Source of the DNA: Candidatus Heimdallarchaeota archaeon
GTDB lineage: Archaea > Asgardarchaeota > Heimdallarchaeia > Heimdallarchaeales > Heimdallarchaeaceae
Assembly (NCBI GenBank): GCA_030668825.1
Contig: DAOVET010000002.1
Location: 15,666-79,665 of the forward strand
Direction: 5' to 3'
Length of the DNA: 64,000 bases
The notes below the pieces were generated by a model. It was not told where the DNA came from, did no database searches, and saw nothing but the letters and a program-made list of their open reading frames with translations. A program made the position numbers and the translations under genes. Position 1 is the stretch's first letter; each line of letters starts with the position of its first letter. This document shows, in pieces, positions 39,461 to 50,117 of this stretch.

Positions 39461-41050
39461 ATGATTGATCGAGATAAAGCTCTAGTTGAAATTAAAGAAA
39501 GGCTATTAATTTTAGAGGAGCCTAATAGAAAAATTCTGGATCAAGTCAAACGTGATATTGCTAAAAAATATAAACTGAAAGATTTTCCGAAGAACAGTGA
39601 AATTTTAGCAATTTGTGATACTGAAGAAAGAGAGTTACTACTTCCTGTTCTTATAAAACGTATTGTTCGAACTTTATCGGGAGTCGCGATTGTAGCTACA
39701 ATGACACGTCCATGGGCGTGTCCTCATGGAAAATGTATTATGTGCCCTGGGGGCCCAGAAATTGAGAAACCTCAAAGTTATACTGGATATGAACCTACAA
39801 CTATGAGGGGGATTCGAAACAATTTCGACCCTTATCTTCAAGTAACTGATAGAATGAAACAACTTGAATCTATAGGTCACTCAACTGAGAAAATAGATGC
39901 TATCATCATGGGAGGAACCTTTACCAACCAACCTGTTGAATATCAATTATGGTTTATTCAACGAATGTTTGATGCTTTTAATGAAATTGATTCCAAAGAC
40001 ATTAAAGAAGCACATAAACTCAATGAAACAGCTGCTCACCGATGTATCGGTTTAACAGCTGAAACAAGACCTGATCAGATAAATCACGAGAAAATTAATC
40101 ATCTTATCGAATATGGCGTTACAAGATTAGAAATTGGGGTTCAGTCTGTGTTTGATGATATTCTAGAAAAAATGCAGCGAGGTCACGGAGTTAAAGAAAC
40201 GGTTGCAGCTTTTCAGTTTATCAAGGATACTGGACTTAAGGTTACTGCACATATGATGCCTGGTCTTCCAGGATCAACATTCGAGAGAGATATTGAGTCT
40301 TTTGAAATTCTGTTTAATGATTCTAGATTCCGACCTGATGAGCTTAAAATCTACCCAACCATGGTAATTCCTGGAACTAAACTTTTCCAAGATTTTCAAA
40401 ATGGAGAATATGAACCCTTAACTAACGAATCTGCTGCAAATTTAATTGCTAAAATAAAAGAATTAATTCCTCCTTATGTAAGAATCAAGAGAGTGCTTAG
40501 GGACATACCTGCACATCAAATAGCTGCAGGTCCAAATAAGAGTGATTTGAGATTAGATATTCAAGCTATTCTCGAAAAACAAGGAAAGAAATGCCAGTGT
40601 ATTCGTTGCAGAGAAGTAGGTCATATCATTTATAAAAAAGGAATAAAAATAGATCAGTCAAAGATTGAGTTAATTGAGCGGTCATATGAAGCCAGTGAAG
40701 GAGTCGAACATTTTCTATCTTTTGAAGAGACACAATGTGATGCCCTTATTGGATTTTTAAGATTAAGAGAGCTAAGTGATAACATTATTCGTCCAGAGTT
40801 TGACAAATCTACGATTATTGTAAGAGAACTACATGTATATGGGGAACTTCGAGGTTTGCAGGCTTTGAAACGTGGTTCCCTACAATGGCAACATAGAGGG
40901 TATGGAAAAAAGTTACTTTCAAGAGCAGAAGAAATTGGGAAAGAAAAAGATTATTCTAAGATTTCAGTAATTTCTGGTGTTGGAGTAAGAGAATACTATC
41001 AAAAACAAGGATATGCAAAGGATGGCCCCTATATGTCAAAAAAATTGTAA
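39461..41050 (+). CDS. elp3: Elp3 tRNA uridine(34) acetyltransferase (radical SAM + KAT)
   Basis: RTLSGVA, CPHGKCIMCPGG, QSYTGYEP, ETRPD, LKIYPT, RELHVYG, QHRGYG, ISGVGVREYY. Confidence 0.96.
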   Translation: MIDRDKALVEIKERLLILEEPNRKILDQVKRDIAKKYKLKDFPKNSEILAICDTEERELLLPVLIKRIVRTLSGVAIVATMTRPWACPHGKCIMCPGGPEIEKPQSYTGYEPTTMRGIRNNFDPYLQVTDRMKQLESIGHSTEKIDAIIMGGTFTNQPVEYQLWFIQRMFDAFNEIDSKDIKEAHKLNETAAHRCIGLTAETRPDQINHEKINHLIEYGVTRLEIGVQSVFDDILEKMQRGHGVKETVAAFQFIKDTGLKVTAHMMPGLPGSTFERDIESFEILFNDSRFRPDELKIYPTMVIPGTKLFQDFQNGEYEPLTNESAANLIAKIKELIPPYVRIKRVLRDIPAHQIAAGPNKSDLRLDIQAILEKQGKKCQCIRCREVGHIIYKKGIKIDQSKIELIERSYEASEGVEHFLSFEETQCDALIGFLRLRELSDNIIRPEFDKSTIIVRELHVYGELRGLQALKRGSLQWQHRGYGKKLLSRAEEIGKEKDYSKISVISGVGVREYYQKQGYAKDGPYMSKKL

Positions 41051-41133
41051 GCTAACAAATTGTTTGTTTACAAAGCTAAATTTATATTTGCTTCTTCTTG
41101 ATATTTTTTAGAAAACAAATTACAGGTTGGAAT

Positions 41134-42126
41134 ATGTCTCAAAGCAATCGTTTAGCAATTCTATCTGATGTAGAACAAATTTTCCATACTAATGGATATA
41201 GTATTGCTAAATTATCTCAAGGAAGTAAAGCCTGTTTTGATATTATTGCTAAAAAAAGAGACCAGCTTATTATTATCAAAGTTGAACCCTATATTGATAA
41301 TTTCAACCGTGACAATTCTTTTGAACTAAAGAACATTGCAACCTTTCTTAATGCATCTCCTTTAATTATAGGTGAGCGAGGAAGACGTTTTTCAGAAATT
41401 GATGATGGCTTAGTTTTACTAAGGTATGGTATTCCTGTTGTTAGTAGTGAAACTTTTACCAATCTAATTTCTCATGGAGTACCTCCAATTATATATTGTA
41501 GTAAAGGTGGATATTTTGTTCAAATTAACAGAAAAATACTCCGTCAAGCAAGACTGGAAAAAAATCTGAGTTATGCAGATTTAGCACATCTTGTGGGAGT
41601 TTCTAGAAGAACAATTTACGAATATGAGCATTCCATAAACCCAACTCCTTCAACAGCAGCAAAACTGGAAGAAATATTAGATTCCCCGGTAGCACAAGGA
41701 ATCAAAATCTTCAATATTGACATTGAGAAAGAAACAAGACCACAATATTCAACTGAAAATCTTTCGAATTTTAAGGAGGAAATATCTGGAATTCTTGAAG
41801 AATTGGGCTTTTTTACTCAATTTTGGACTCGTCAATCTCCTTTTGATGCTTTTGGAGAGCAACAAAACCTAGATATTCATAGTGGGATGAACATTCTAGT
41901 CTGTGTAGACGATCTTCAACAAAAGAATATAGCTGAACGCGCAATTCTTACCCAAGATATAGCTACTTTGACTAAAAGAAGAGCAATAATGATTGTTGAA
42001 GACTCTGATAACCCTCTAACTCAAAACATACCAACTTTTACTGTAGATGAACTTAATCAGATGAAGAAAGCTTTTGATTTAGTTAAAAATTGGGTTAAAA
42101 AATATTCGAATATAAAAGAAAGTTAA
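41134..42126 (+). CDS. archaeal HTH transcriptional regulator (COG1395-like)
   Basis: CFDIIAKK…IIKV…ID; central Cro-type HTH (LSYADLAHLVGVSRRTIYEYE). Confidence 0.85.
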   Translation: MSQSNRLAILSDVEQIFHTNGYSIAKLSQGSKACFDIIAKKRDQLIIIKVEPYIDNFNRDNSFELKNIATFLNASPLIIGERGRRFSEIDDGLVLLRYGIPVVSSETFTNLISHGVPPIIYCSKGGYFVQINRKILRQARLEKNLSYADLAHLVGVSRRTIYEYEHSINPTPSTAAKLEEILDSPVAQGIKIFNIDIEKETRPQYSTENLSNFKEEISGILEELGFFTQFWTRQSPFDAFGEQQNLDIHSGMNILVCVDDLQQKNIAERAILTQDIATLTKRRAIMIVEDSDNPLTQNIPTFTVDELNQMKKAFDLVKNWVKKYSNIKES

Positions 42127-42135
42127 GTTGAGCAG

Positions 42136-42819
42136 TTACTTTTGCCCAACAATCATAATGTGATCTTTTTCGTAAGGTTCTAAATTTACTGTTTCAATAA
42201 TCTTCAGACCAAAAGATTCAATCTTATCAATTACTTCTTTGAATATTATTTTTGGATCTTTGGTTACATCAATACTTCTAGATTTTACAGCTAAAAAGAA
42301 ATATCCGCCATCTTTAAGGTAGGTTTTAACATTAATATCAAGAATCTCTGCTTGAGATGGTTGAGCAACATCCTCATAGACAATATCTACTTGGGGAACT
42401 ATGTTGCTATACTCTTCAGGAAATCTTGCGTCTGCATGAAGCGGTATAATATTTTTCCTTCTTTCAGCAACAACTATGAGATCTCCCATTGATCGAGCAG
42501 AAAATTCTACTGCAAAGATTGAACCTTCATCGCCTAAAATATCCGAAATGTGAGATACGGTTGTTCCAGAAGCGGCACCTAAATACAAAATTTTACTGCC
42601 TTTGGTTAGAGGGAATGTTTTAAGTTTCTTGAAAATAGCTGCACCTAGTTTGCTTTTGTAGGGGTCAAAAGTCCGATATTCGATTCCTTCTTCAGTTAAT
42701 AATCTCTCTGTATATACTTTCTTACCAGGATCAGCATTAATCGTTGCTAATCTCTTATTTCCGTCTCTAGTAGTTACCCAAAACAAATTTCCAAATTTAT
42801 GATTTTCTAGGTTTGACAT
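42136..42819 (-). CDS. flpA: fibrillarin-like rRNA/tRNA 2'-O-methyltransferase
   Basis: YR.FDPYKSKL, LYLGAASGTTVSHISD, AVEFS, DVAQP, LEPYEKDH. Confidence 0.97.
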   Translation of the reverse strand: MSNLENHKFGNLFWVTTRDGNKRLATINADPGKKVYTERLLTEEGIEYRTFDPYKSKLGAAIFKKLKTFPLTKGSKILYLGAASGTTVSHISDILGDEGSIFAVEFSARSMGDLIVVAERRKNIIPLHADARFPEEYSNIVPQVDIVYEDVAQPSQAEILDINVKTYLKDGGYFFLAVKSRSIDVTKDPKIIFKEVIDKIESFGLKIIETVNLEPYEKDHIMIVGQK

Positions 42820-42821
42820 TT

Positions 42822-44099
42822 TTATCTCCTCTTTTGGTAGGGTTTTTTATATTGAGGCTTTCTTTGACCTCCCTTTTGACCACCTTTGTAGCTTCCGCGT
42901 TTTTGCCCTGGTTGAGAGGGTTGAAAACTTCTATCAACCGGAGGTTGTTTGCCTTCAGGGGGATTCTTATATTTCTCTTTAATTTCATCTATTTTTTGTT
43001 CAACTTCAATTCGCAGTTGGTCTCCCATGAATTCTCCTTGAAAGAAATCTATTCTAGCAGCAATTGTGAGTCTTCCAGCAATAGCTCTGGATATATTACC
43101 TCTTTGCCACCATGGACAGCTGTGTATTTCGGGCATTTGATAGATAATACCATGTTTTGGTGGCTTAGCTCCAGTTTTTAATGCTCTGAAAAGAGCTTTT
43201 TCAGCACCTAATAACTGAACTGTACTTGCTGGTTTCATAGCTATTTCTCTCAATCCTCCAGCTAAAGCAATTAACCTAGCAGCGATAGAAGACCCTACTA
43301 TTGCTTTCATATTTGGAGCAATTCTTCCCATCTCTCTTTCTATCCAACTATCCAAATTCTCTCGTTCTTCATATAAATCGAGAGTTCTTTTCGCCATATT
43401 TTGTAGAGGACGCAAATCTTTATCCTCATAAGATGCTCCCATGGATTTTGATGCTAATTGAACAAGTTTCTTACTCCTCTCTATAGAGAATCCATAATCT
43501 TTGAGATCATCTTCTGTAAATTTCTGTCTTGTTCCAATTTCAGTGATGATTTTGCAAAGAGTTACATGATTTTGTACTTCTTTCAAAATTTCTGGGAAAT
43601 GAACACCATACCATTCTCTTATTCGAGATGAGAAAAGATTGGTGGTTTTATCTATGTCATCCATTGATAAAATTGCATGTACTACGTTTTTATCAATTCT
43701 TTGAGAACTATAAGCAACGCTTTTCTTTGAAAGATTTATGCTAACATCTTTCAATAGTGCAGTATATTCTGCTTCGTCTTTGATATACTTCTTTTGAATA
43801 AGGATTTCTGGAATCTTTGAGATTACAGCTTGATAATTTTCAGATTTAATAATGAGTTCACTCTTTATTCCCTTGCTTCTAGAAAAATTCTGAACGTCAG
43901 CTGAATTAGTTTCAATAGTTTTTTCCTTTAAGTCAGAAAAAATATCTTCTAATTCTTCAGAAATAGTATATTTCGATAAGTTGTGGATCTTTTCAGCAAT
44001 TTTTTCAGGATTCTTTTCATAAGCTGTAAACTCAATCAATTTATCTTGATTGTCGAATACAAAGAATCCTGAAATATTAGCTATGATTTTTATTGTCAT
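42822..44099 (-). CDS. nop5: C/D box RNP core protein Nop5 (Nop56/58)
   Basis: REWYG.HFPE, IAPN, PASTVQLLGAEKALFR, PKHGIIY; basic Gly/Gln-rich tail. Confidence 0.96.
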   Translation of the reverse strand: MTIKIIANISGFFVFDNQDKLIEFTAYEKNPEKIAEKIHNLSKYTISEELEDIFSDLKEKTIETNSADVQNFSRSKGIKSELIIKSENYQAVISKIPEILIQKKYIKDEAEYTALLKDVSINLSKKSVAYSSQRIDKNVVHAILSMDDIDKTTNLFSSRIREWYGVHFPEILKEVQNHVTLCKIITEIGTRQKFTEDDLKDYGFSIERSKKLVQLASKSMGASYEDKDLRPLQNMAKRTLDLYEERENLDSWIEREMGRIAPNMKAIVGSSIAARLIALAGGLREIAMKPASTVQLLGAEKALFRALKTGAKPPKHGIIYQMPEIHSCPWWQRGNISRAIAGRLTIAARIDFFQGEFMGDQLRIEVEQKIDEIKEKYKNPPEGKQPPVDRSFQPSQPGQKRGSYKGGQKGGQRKPQYKKPYQKRR

Positions 44100-44167
44100 C
44101 TCTTTTCCATAAAAACTGAAAATTAGGAGATAAAAAAGATTTTGATGATAATCTTATTTCTCATGTA

Positions 44168-44455
44168 CTAAGCCAAAGCAATAATTCTTTCTTTACTTAG
44201 AGTTATTAAATCCTTCAAATTGTTGTCCATTTCAGGGTTGAGTCCTATTAATGAAGATCTCATATCCTCGAAATTAGCACGGTTTACAAGTACAGTTCTT
44301 TCTAGTAACTGTCTAACGGTATATCTAATTGCTCGTGGTTTGGTTTCCTTCAAACTGTCAATTATCTCTTTTTGTGTTAATGCTCCCTTATTCCCTAATA
44401 AGTCAATCACTTCGATTGATCCTTTTGGTAGTTTTTCCCTTTTCATTGTAATCAC
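44168..44455 (-). CDS. small winged-HTH (MarR-like) regulator
   Basis: GALTQKEII…RAIRYTVRQL…NFEDMR. Confidence 0.75.
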   Translation of the reverse strand: MITMKREKLPKGSIEVIDLLGNKGALTQKEIIDSLKETKPRAIRYTVRQLLERTVLVNRANFEDMRSSLIGLNPEMDNNLKDLITLSKERIIALA

Positions 44456-44466
44456 TTTTGAGGCGG

Positions 44467-44546
44467 TGTGTAAATTTTATCCACATGTGTATATATTTTG
44501 CACAGTATATAAACCTTTCGTAAAACGCTGTGCAAAGGCTTGCACA
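44467..44546. promoter_or_regulatory. array of TGTG-N10/11-CACA palindromes around the TATA box of the wHTH gene
   Basis: Sites at 44467-44485, 44486-44504 and 44529-44546 (perfect TGTGCAA-N4-TTGCACA); minus-strand TTTATATA lies between the second and third. Confidence 0.55.
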
Positions 44547-44572
44547 CACGAAATGAGAAAAAAAATATGGAT

Positions 44573-47485
44573 TTATGTCGTTATTTTTCGGAATCTGAAT
44601 CTGATAACAGGAACCATAGCTAAAGAGACAAACAAAATAGCTATAACCCAATTAGTAATAGATCTAATTGTACTCAATTGATCCCAAAACTGAACATTAT
44701 TTAAGATTTCAAATCTTCCATCTGAGGGAGTATAATCTGTGAATTTTAGCGGAATATATAAAATATTCAATCCATACTCCTCTAGCGTAAAAGTAATTTC
44801 ATATTGACTCGATGTTGAATTATAGACTAGTTCAAGATTTTCAAATACTAAATTTGGGTACATTAGAGTTGCATTCAATTTGTTATTTCCACTTACATAG
44901 AAACTTCCATTCTTGAATCTGATTTGAACACCAACAGATACTGGTTTTCGGATGAATGTTTCCTCTGGAGTACTTTTTATTATGTACTCTGGTCTATGAG
45001 TATCAATAAGCCAATTGAATGTTTCATTCACTAATTGAGAGTTTTTATCATCCAAACCAAAAATATCTTTGAATGAATAATCTAATCCAGCTCTTGAAGG
45101 GTTACTTTCGTAGGAATCTGGTAACAAACCATGATCTGTAAATGGGTATCCTGAACCAAAAACCATTACTCTTCCGTTGTGATATTCCTTTGCTATTGCA
45201 GCATTAAAAGTATATTTTTCACTGTCTATAACAGTCTCAAATGTCGCTATAACGGTGTTGTTTTCGTTTGGATTATCCGAGAAAAAGACCGGTCTTCCCC
45301 AAAACATAAAAGAATCTACATCAAAATTTTCTGTTTCAATAATTTGTGCTTCATAGGGAACATAAGTAATAGGTATTGATTGTCCTACACTCATATTGAA
45401 CTGTTCTAGTAATTCATCACATGCATAATAATTGCTTGAAATTAATGGTTCATTATCTATAGATTTAGCATCAATAAATCTAATACTGTCAATCAAAAAT
45501 AGTAGGGAACCACCACTAGTAACAAAATCTTGGATATCATCTAACTCCTCTGAAGTAAAATTAAATTCAGGATCTGAGATGACTAGAATATCAATATTTG
45601 TAAAAGAGTAGTTTCCTTGATAATGATTGCGTATACGAAAACCTCTATCTTTCAAAATTCGAGTAAGATAATTGTGTGTCCCCACTGATGAAGATGCATC
45701 AAACCATCTGTTTTCTGTATCATTTTCATGAGAGTTATCGAATAGAACTGTCCCACCTAAATATCTTGTTTGAATTGAAATACTCATGGTTATAATAATT
45801 CCATCAGTATTCTCAAACAAAATTCCTGCGGTAATAGTTCTTATAGGTGTGTTTAGAGGAATTGAGATGTTAAATGCGAAGTGATTCCAACCTATAGAGA
45901 CATCTATTTGATTTGATAATTCAATGAATTGCGAATCTCCTGTGAGAGTTGTACTAATTTGTCCATCAAAAGATGAGATTAGTTTAATGATAAATTCAGA
46001 AGTTTCCCCCTCTACACATGAGTAAAAATACTCATTCACTGGAGAAATTCGCTTTGGTAATATTGTAAAAAGTCCAAGAGTTTCATAAGAATCTAAGTAA
46101 TAATAAGCTGCTAAAGGATTAACCATACCATTTCCTTGGTAAATAATTGGGAAATTCATATCATCTGCGGTTTCTAAAATTGCTGCTTCATATTTATGAA
46201 CTCCAAGACCTGGGAAAGCGTCTATTAATAAAGCAAAAACGCCACTAACAATAGGTGCAGCAACAGAAGTTCCTGAAACCCATCTTGAACCACCAGTTGA
46301 AGCATCACTTCCTTGAATGGCAATACCTGGAGCTAATATGTCTATTCCAACAGAAAAGTTGCGATTCAAACCTTTTGATGTAAATATTGCGAGATTATCC
46401 ATATATTCAGATGCACCAACAGAAATAACATGATCCCAGATTGCAGGAGCACCAATAGAAGCTCCTGAAGGACCATAGTTACCAGCAGAAGCAATTACGG
46501 GAATATCTAGTTCTGCTGCTTCATAAATTAGTTCTTCAATTGGATCACCCATTTCAGCAAAAGTAACAGATGTTAAACTAGCTGAAATCAAATCAGGATT
46601 CTGTTGGATTGCTTCGTCAAAACCTATTATTAACCATTCATCTTTTCCATATCCAGTTTTATCAAGAACTTTAATGTTGATTAATTGAGCATCAGGTGCA
46701 ATTCCATAATCGTCTGTTAGTTCTATAGTACCATCTTCATTTCTATATTTTCCATTTCCCGCTAAAACTGAAGCAATATGGGTTCCGTGACCTGAAAGAT
46801 CGTCTGAGTCTTCAAAAGCTGGAATTAAGTTCAGATCAATTACGATTTTAGGTTCATCATAGTTTCTTAAACTGTTTAAAGCTGGTGCTACAGATGCATT
46901 TAAGCCACTATCCAATAATGCAATACGAACTCCATATCCTGTCACTCCAGCTTCATGTATTGCATCTATTTCTAGAGCTTGACGAAGAACACTAAGATCC
47001 ATCAATCCTGAGATATCCATATCAACATTCTGAGGAATCTGAAAATCATATGTTCCAATTGGATATACATATTTCACTCTTAGGTTATTGAATCCCAATT
47101 GTTGTAAGGTTTCTTCAGTATATATAATTGATACAGCAGGAATTGATTTGAAAGTTCTTTCAATTAATGTACCGCTTTTCATGGTATTTTCAATGAACAT
47201 ATCCCTTTCATCAAATGAGAAAAATGATATCATTGCTCTTCCGTCAAATTTCATCAAGTCTTTGTAAATTTGGTTCTGTTCCATAGGAAATTTCCATCGT
47301 TGATCCTCGAGGATATTACTAGCTTTTATTATAGAGAAACTAGTCTCATCCGAACTCGTACTTGAATTGAGTACTGTCGAGGGATTCATCTGATAACCCG
47401 TTAGAGATGCATCTGTTTGAAATAACATGGGTAAGGGAAGAATAAGAAATGAAACTAGAAAAATGATGAATGGTTTATTTCTCAT
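44573..47485 (-). CDS. membrane-anchored S8 subtilisin-like protease with GATase/DUF4350-like domain
   Basis: Triad motifs LLDSG, GHGTHIAS, SGTSVAAP; oxyanion SAGN; later VLFDNSH…LVISDPE…FV.SGGSLL; C-terminal TM. Confidence 0.9.
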   Translation of the reverse strand: MRNKPFIIFLVSFLILPLPMLFQTDASLTGYQMNPSTVLNSSTSSDETSFSIIKASNILEDQRWKFPMEQNQIYKDLMKFDGRAMISFFSFDERDMFIENTMKSGTLIERTFKSIPAVSIIYTEETLQQLGFNNLRVKYVYPIGTYDFQIPQNVDMDISGLMDLSVLRQALEIDAIHEAGVTGYGVRIALLDSGLNASVAPALNSLRNYDEPKIVIDLNLIPAFEDSDDLSGHGTHIASVLAGNGKYRNEDGTIELTDDYGIAPDAQLINIKVLDKTGYGKDEWLIIGFDEAIQQNPDLISASLTSVTFAEMGDPIEELIYEAAELDIPVIASAGNYGPSGASIGAPAIWDHVISVGASEYMDNLAIFTSKGLNRNFSVGIDILAPGIAIQGSDASTGGSRWVSGTSVAAPIVSGVFALLIDAFPGLGVHKYEAAILETADDMNFPIIYQGNGMVNPLAAYYYLDSYETLGLFTILPKRISPVNEYFYSCVEGETSEFIIKLISSFDGQISTTLTGDSQFIELSNQIDVSIGWNHFAFNISIPLNTPIRTITAGILFENTDGIIITMSISIQTRYLGGTVLFDNSHENDTENRWFDASSSVGTHNYLTRILKDRGFRIRNHYQGNYSFTNIDILVISDPEFNFTSEELDDIQDFVTSGGSLLFLIDSIRFIDAKSIDNEPLISSNYYACDELLEQFNMSVGQSIPITYVPYEAQIIETENFDVDSFMFWGRPVFFSDNPNENNTVIATFETVIDSEKYTFNAAIAKEYHNGRVMVFGSGYPFTDHGLLPDSYESNPSRAGLDYSFKDIFGLDDKNSQLVNETFNWLIDTHRPEYIIKSTPEETFIRKPVSVGVQIRFKNGSFYVSGNNKLNATLMYPNLVFENLELVYNSTSSQYEITFTLEEYGLNILYIPLKFTDYTPSDGRFEILNNVQFWDQLSTIRSITNWVIAILFVSLAMVPVIRFRFRKITT

Positions 47486-47653
47486 AGGTATAGAATGGTG
47501 TTGTGACTTTTAGATTTTTCCCTAGTATTAATGGAATACTTCTCATTTTTATTGGAATATCAAATTGTCACAAACTGGATATCTTCTAATAACTTTAAAA
47601 TGGAAAGTCTTATATTTGAACAATTTGGATGAGTTCCAAGGTGAAATAACACT

Positions 47654-48049
47654 ATGCCATATCAGTGGTTAAAACGCTCACGAAGAAAACTATCAGGTGG
47701 TCTTATCCGAAGAGCAGCTTCAAAGAAGAAAAGAGATATGGGTAGATATCCAGCTGAAACCCAACTTGGTTCAAGAGTACTCAAACCAATTAGAACACGT
47801 GGTGGAAATCTCAAATATCGAACTCTAGTAGAGGAACATGCTAATGTTATAGACCAATCAACAGGTATCACACAGAAAGTCAAAATACTTAATGTTCTTG
47901 AAAACAAGGCAAACCGTGAATACGCAAGAAGAAGAATTATTACTAAAGGTTGTGTTTTAGATACAGAAATAGGTAAAGCAATAGTTACAAGCAGACCTGG
48001 CCAACATGGTAATATCAATTGCATATTGATAGAACGTAAGGAAGAATAG
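47654..48049 (+). CDS. rps8e: 30S ribosomal protein S8e (eS8)
   Basis: RTRGGNLK, RRRIITKG, TSRPGQHG. Confidence 0.97.
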   Translation: MPYQWLKRSRRKLSGGLIRRAASKKKRDMGRYPAETQLGSRVLKPIRTRGGNLKYRTLVEEHANVIDQSTGITQKVKILNVLENKANREYARRRIITKGCVLDTEIGKAIVTSRPGQHGNINCILIERKEE

Positions 48050-48094
48050 TAAATCTTCCAAATATTTTAATAACAATTCGAATAAGGCTATATT

Positions 48095-48433
48095 ATGTTG
48101 CGCAAAAAGCGTTATTTTGTTCTCTACCCAGAATATTTCAATAAACAACTTACACGTAAACAGGGTAGAAAAGTTTCTAAGAATAAAGCAGTAGATCAAT
48201 GCAATTTATCAAAAATAGTTTATGCATGTAAGTATCTAGAGCTGGAATATGAAGTTGAAAAAGACAAAAAATATTCTAAAAATAAGTGGGAGAGCGAAGG
48301 TAGAGTCATTGTTAATCCCGAAGGAATAACAAGCAAAACCGAGTTGATTAGAAGAGTAGCAAATGTATCTAGAAAACTCAAAAAAGTTGAAAAGTCTGGC
48401 GATTCAAAGAAACAAAAATCCAGATCCAAATAA
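48095..48433 (+). CDS. srp19: signal recognition particle protein SRP19
   Basis: LYPEYFN..LTRKQGRKV.K..AV; GRV.V; adjacent to rps8e as is usual in archaea. Confidence 0.92.
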   Translation: MLRKKRYFVLYPEYFNKQLTRKQGRKVSKNKAVDQCNLSKIVYACKYLELEYEVEKDKKYSKNKWESEGRVIVNPEGITSKTELIRRVANVSRKLKKVEKSGDSKKQKSRSK

Positions 48434-48452
48434 ATTAAAGAGTTTGATTAAA

Positions 48453-48773
48453 TTGGAGCGAGATAGAATAAAGAAGCTTGGTACTATAATGTTCTTTAGT
48501 GATCTAGGAAATGCAATACTAAAAAATCCCCCAAAACTTCCCAAAATTGGTTCTAATGTTGTCACTGAAAGAATGGAACATATTGGGAAAATTGTGGACA
48601 TTTTTGGACCGGTTAAATGCCCTTATGTAAGCATTAAAATCAAGCCCCAATATAAGGAATCATTTAATGTTAATACTTTGCTTTATGTGATTGAGCGAAA
48701 ACCTTCTAATGTAAGGCAGAGAAAAAAATCATATTCGTCGAAGTATAACAAGACAGTAAAAAGAAAAAGTTAA
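48453..48773 (+). CDS. gar1: H/ACA RNP protein Gar1
   Basis: PKIGS.V…IGKIVDIFGPV..PYVSIK. The start is uncertain. Confidence 0.88.
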   Translation: MERDRIKKLGTIMFFSDLGNAILKNPPKLPKIGSNVVTERMEHIGKIVDIFGPVKCPYVSIKIKPQYKESFNVNTLLYVIERKPSNVRQRKKSYSSKYNKTVKRKS

Positions 48774-48974
48774 AAATACTTCACTTTCCCCATTATTGTC
48801 GCTATAATTAAATTTATTAGAATTTTTAATTTTTTCAGAAATTTTTAAAAAAACTTGAACTGTGTTAAAACTTAAATATGCTGATGGAGAATGTATAACA
48901 AGAAGATAAGATTGTTGTTTGGGTACTTCGATATCAAAATGGATAGTGAAGGGATTCGATAACTTTCAGCTGGT

Positions 48975-49439
48975 GTGAAGAGAATGATGCCTGTTCAAAG
49001 AATTAAGGTGGAGAAAAATTATAGTATTGCCCTTGGGGATGAAATAATCGAGTTGATTGACAGAACTCAGAATAAAAATTTGCTCTACAGAGAAGTGTTA
49101 GATATCCTTGGTGGTCATGAGACTATCATTCGCAAATTAGATGAACTTCTTTATTCAAATAAAATTTTAAAAGTCCCTGTTACAGAAGGTAATGTTAAAG
49201 ACTATGTTTTAACAATTCCAAAGAAAAAAGAAACTGGCTGGATAACTATGGTCTGTCCTTGCTTTATTTGTGATAGGATAAGCGAATGTGCAATTAATAA
49301 TCCAGTAAATCCTGTATCTTGCAGACTTTACAATGAATGGTTAATTGAAGAAGATGAATCAAAGGAGATACAATCTTACAGATTCATTGAATATGATATC
49401 CTGGATGAAGACGATAGAGTGCGTATACCCTTGAAGTAA
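48975..49439 (+). CDS. TFE-beta / RPC34(RPC39)-like protein (winged helix + Fe-S cluster domain)
   Basis: C-terminal PCFIC…C…NPVSC..YNEWL after a WH-like domain. Confidence 0.75.
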   Translation: MKRMMPVQRIKVEKNYSIALGDEIIELIDRTQNKNLLYREVLDILGGHETIIRKLDELLYSNKILKVPVTEGNVKDYVLTIPKKKETGWITMVCPCFICDRISECAINNPVNPVSCRLYNEWLIEEDESKEIQSYRFIEYDILDEDDRVRIPLK

Positions 49440-49499
49440 TAAATAAAAGGACACAATTCTTATCAATAATGATTTTTAAAATGACTCAAATAAATCTAT

Positions 49500-50096
49500 G
49501 TGATTACTTTGAGTGATGATCCTTATACAAGAAAAGCAAGAGTAAGTGGTTTTAGATCACGAGCTTCTTACAAGCTTTTTGAAATAAACGACAAATTTAA
49601 TATTTTCAAAAAGGGTCAGCAAATTGTAGATTTAGGTGCTTCTCCTGGTGGGTGGTCACAAGTAGCTTCTAGAAAAATTGGAAGCAATGGTTTGGTAATT
49701 GCAATAGATAAAGCATATATTCAAGAATTTAAAGAGAAGAACATAACCATCCTTTTTCAGGATATTTTTAGAAAAGACCTAGCCACATTTCTCCTAGAGA
49801 ACTTTGGAAAATCAGATGTTTTAATCTCTGATTGTGCCCCAAATATCTCAGGGAATTATGATATGGACCATTCTATACAATCCATGCTTGCACATAGAGC
49901 ACTAGAACTTGCATCCAATGTATTATACATGGGAGGATCTTTTGTCTGCAAGATATTCCAGGGGAGTGAAACACAGGAATTTGTAAAGAATGTTAAAGAA
50001 CTCTTCAATGTAGTAAAATTATTCAAGCCAAAATCCTCAAGGAAACAGAGTTCGGAAATATACTTGATAGCTAAAGACTTCAAATCAGAATCATAA
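49500..50096 (+). CDS. rlmE: 23S rRNA Um2552 methyltransferase RlmE/FtsJ
   Basis: RSRASYKL, DLGASPGGWSQ, SDCAP, KIFQG, KPKSSR..SSEIY. Confidence 0.95.
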   Translation: MITLSDDPYTRKARVSGFRSRASYKLFEINDKFNIFKKGQQIVDLGASPGGWSQVASRKIGSNGLVIAIDKAYIQEFKEKNITILFQDIFRKDLATFLLENFGKSDVLISDCAPNISGNYDMDHSIQSMLAHRALELASNVLYMGGSFVCKIFQGSETQEFVKNVKELFNVVKLFKPKSSRKQSSEIYLIAKDFKSES

Positions 50097-50117
50097 GTTG
50101 TGTATTGGGGTGATTCA

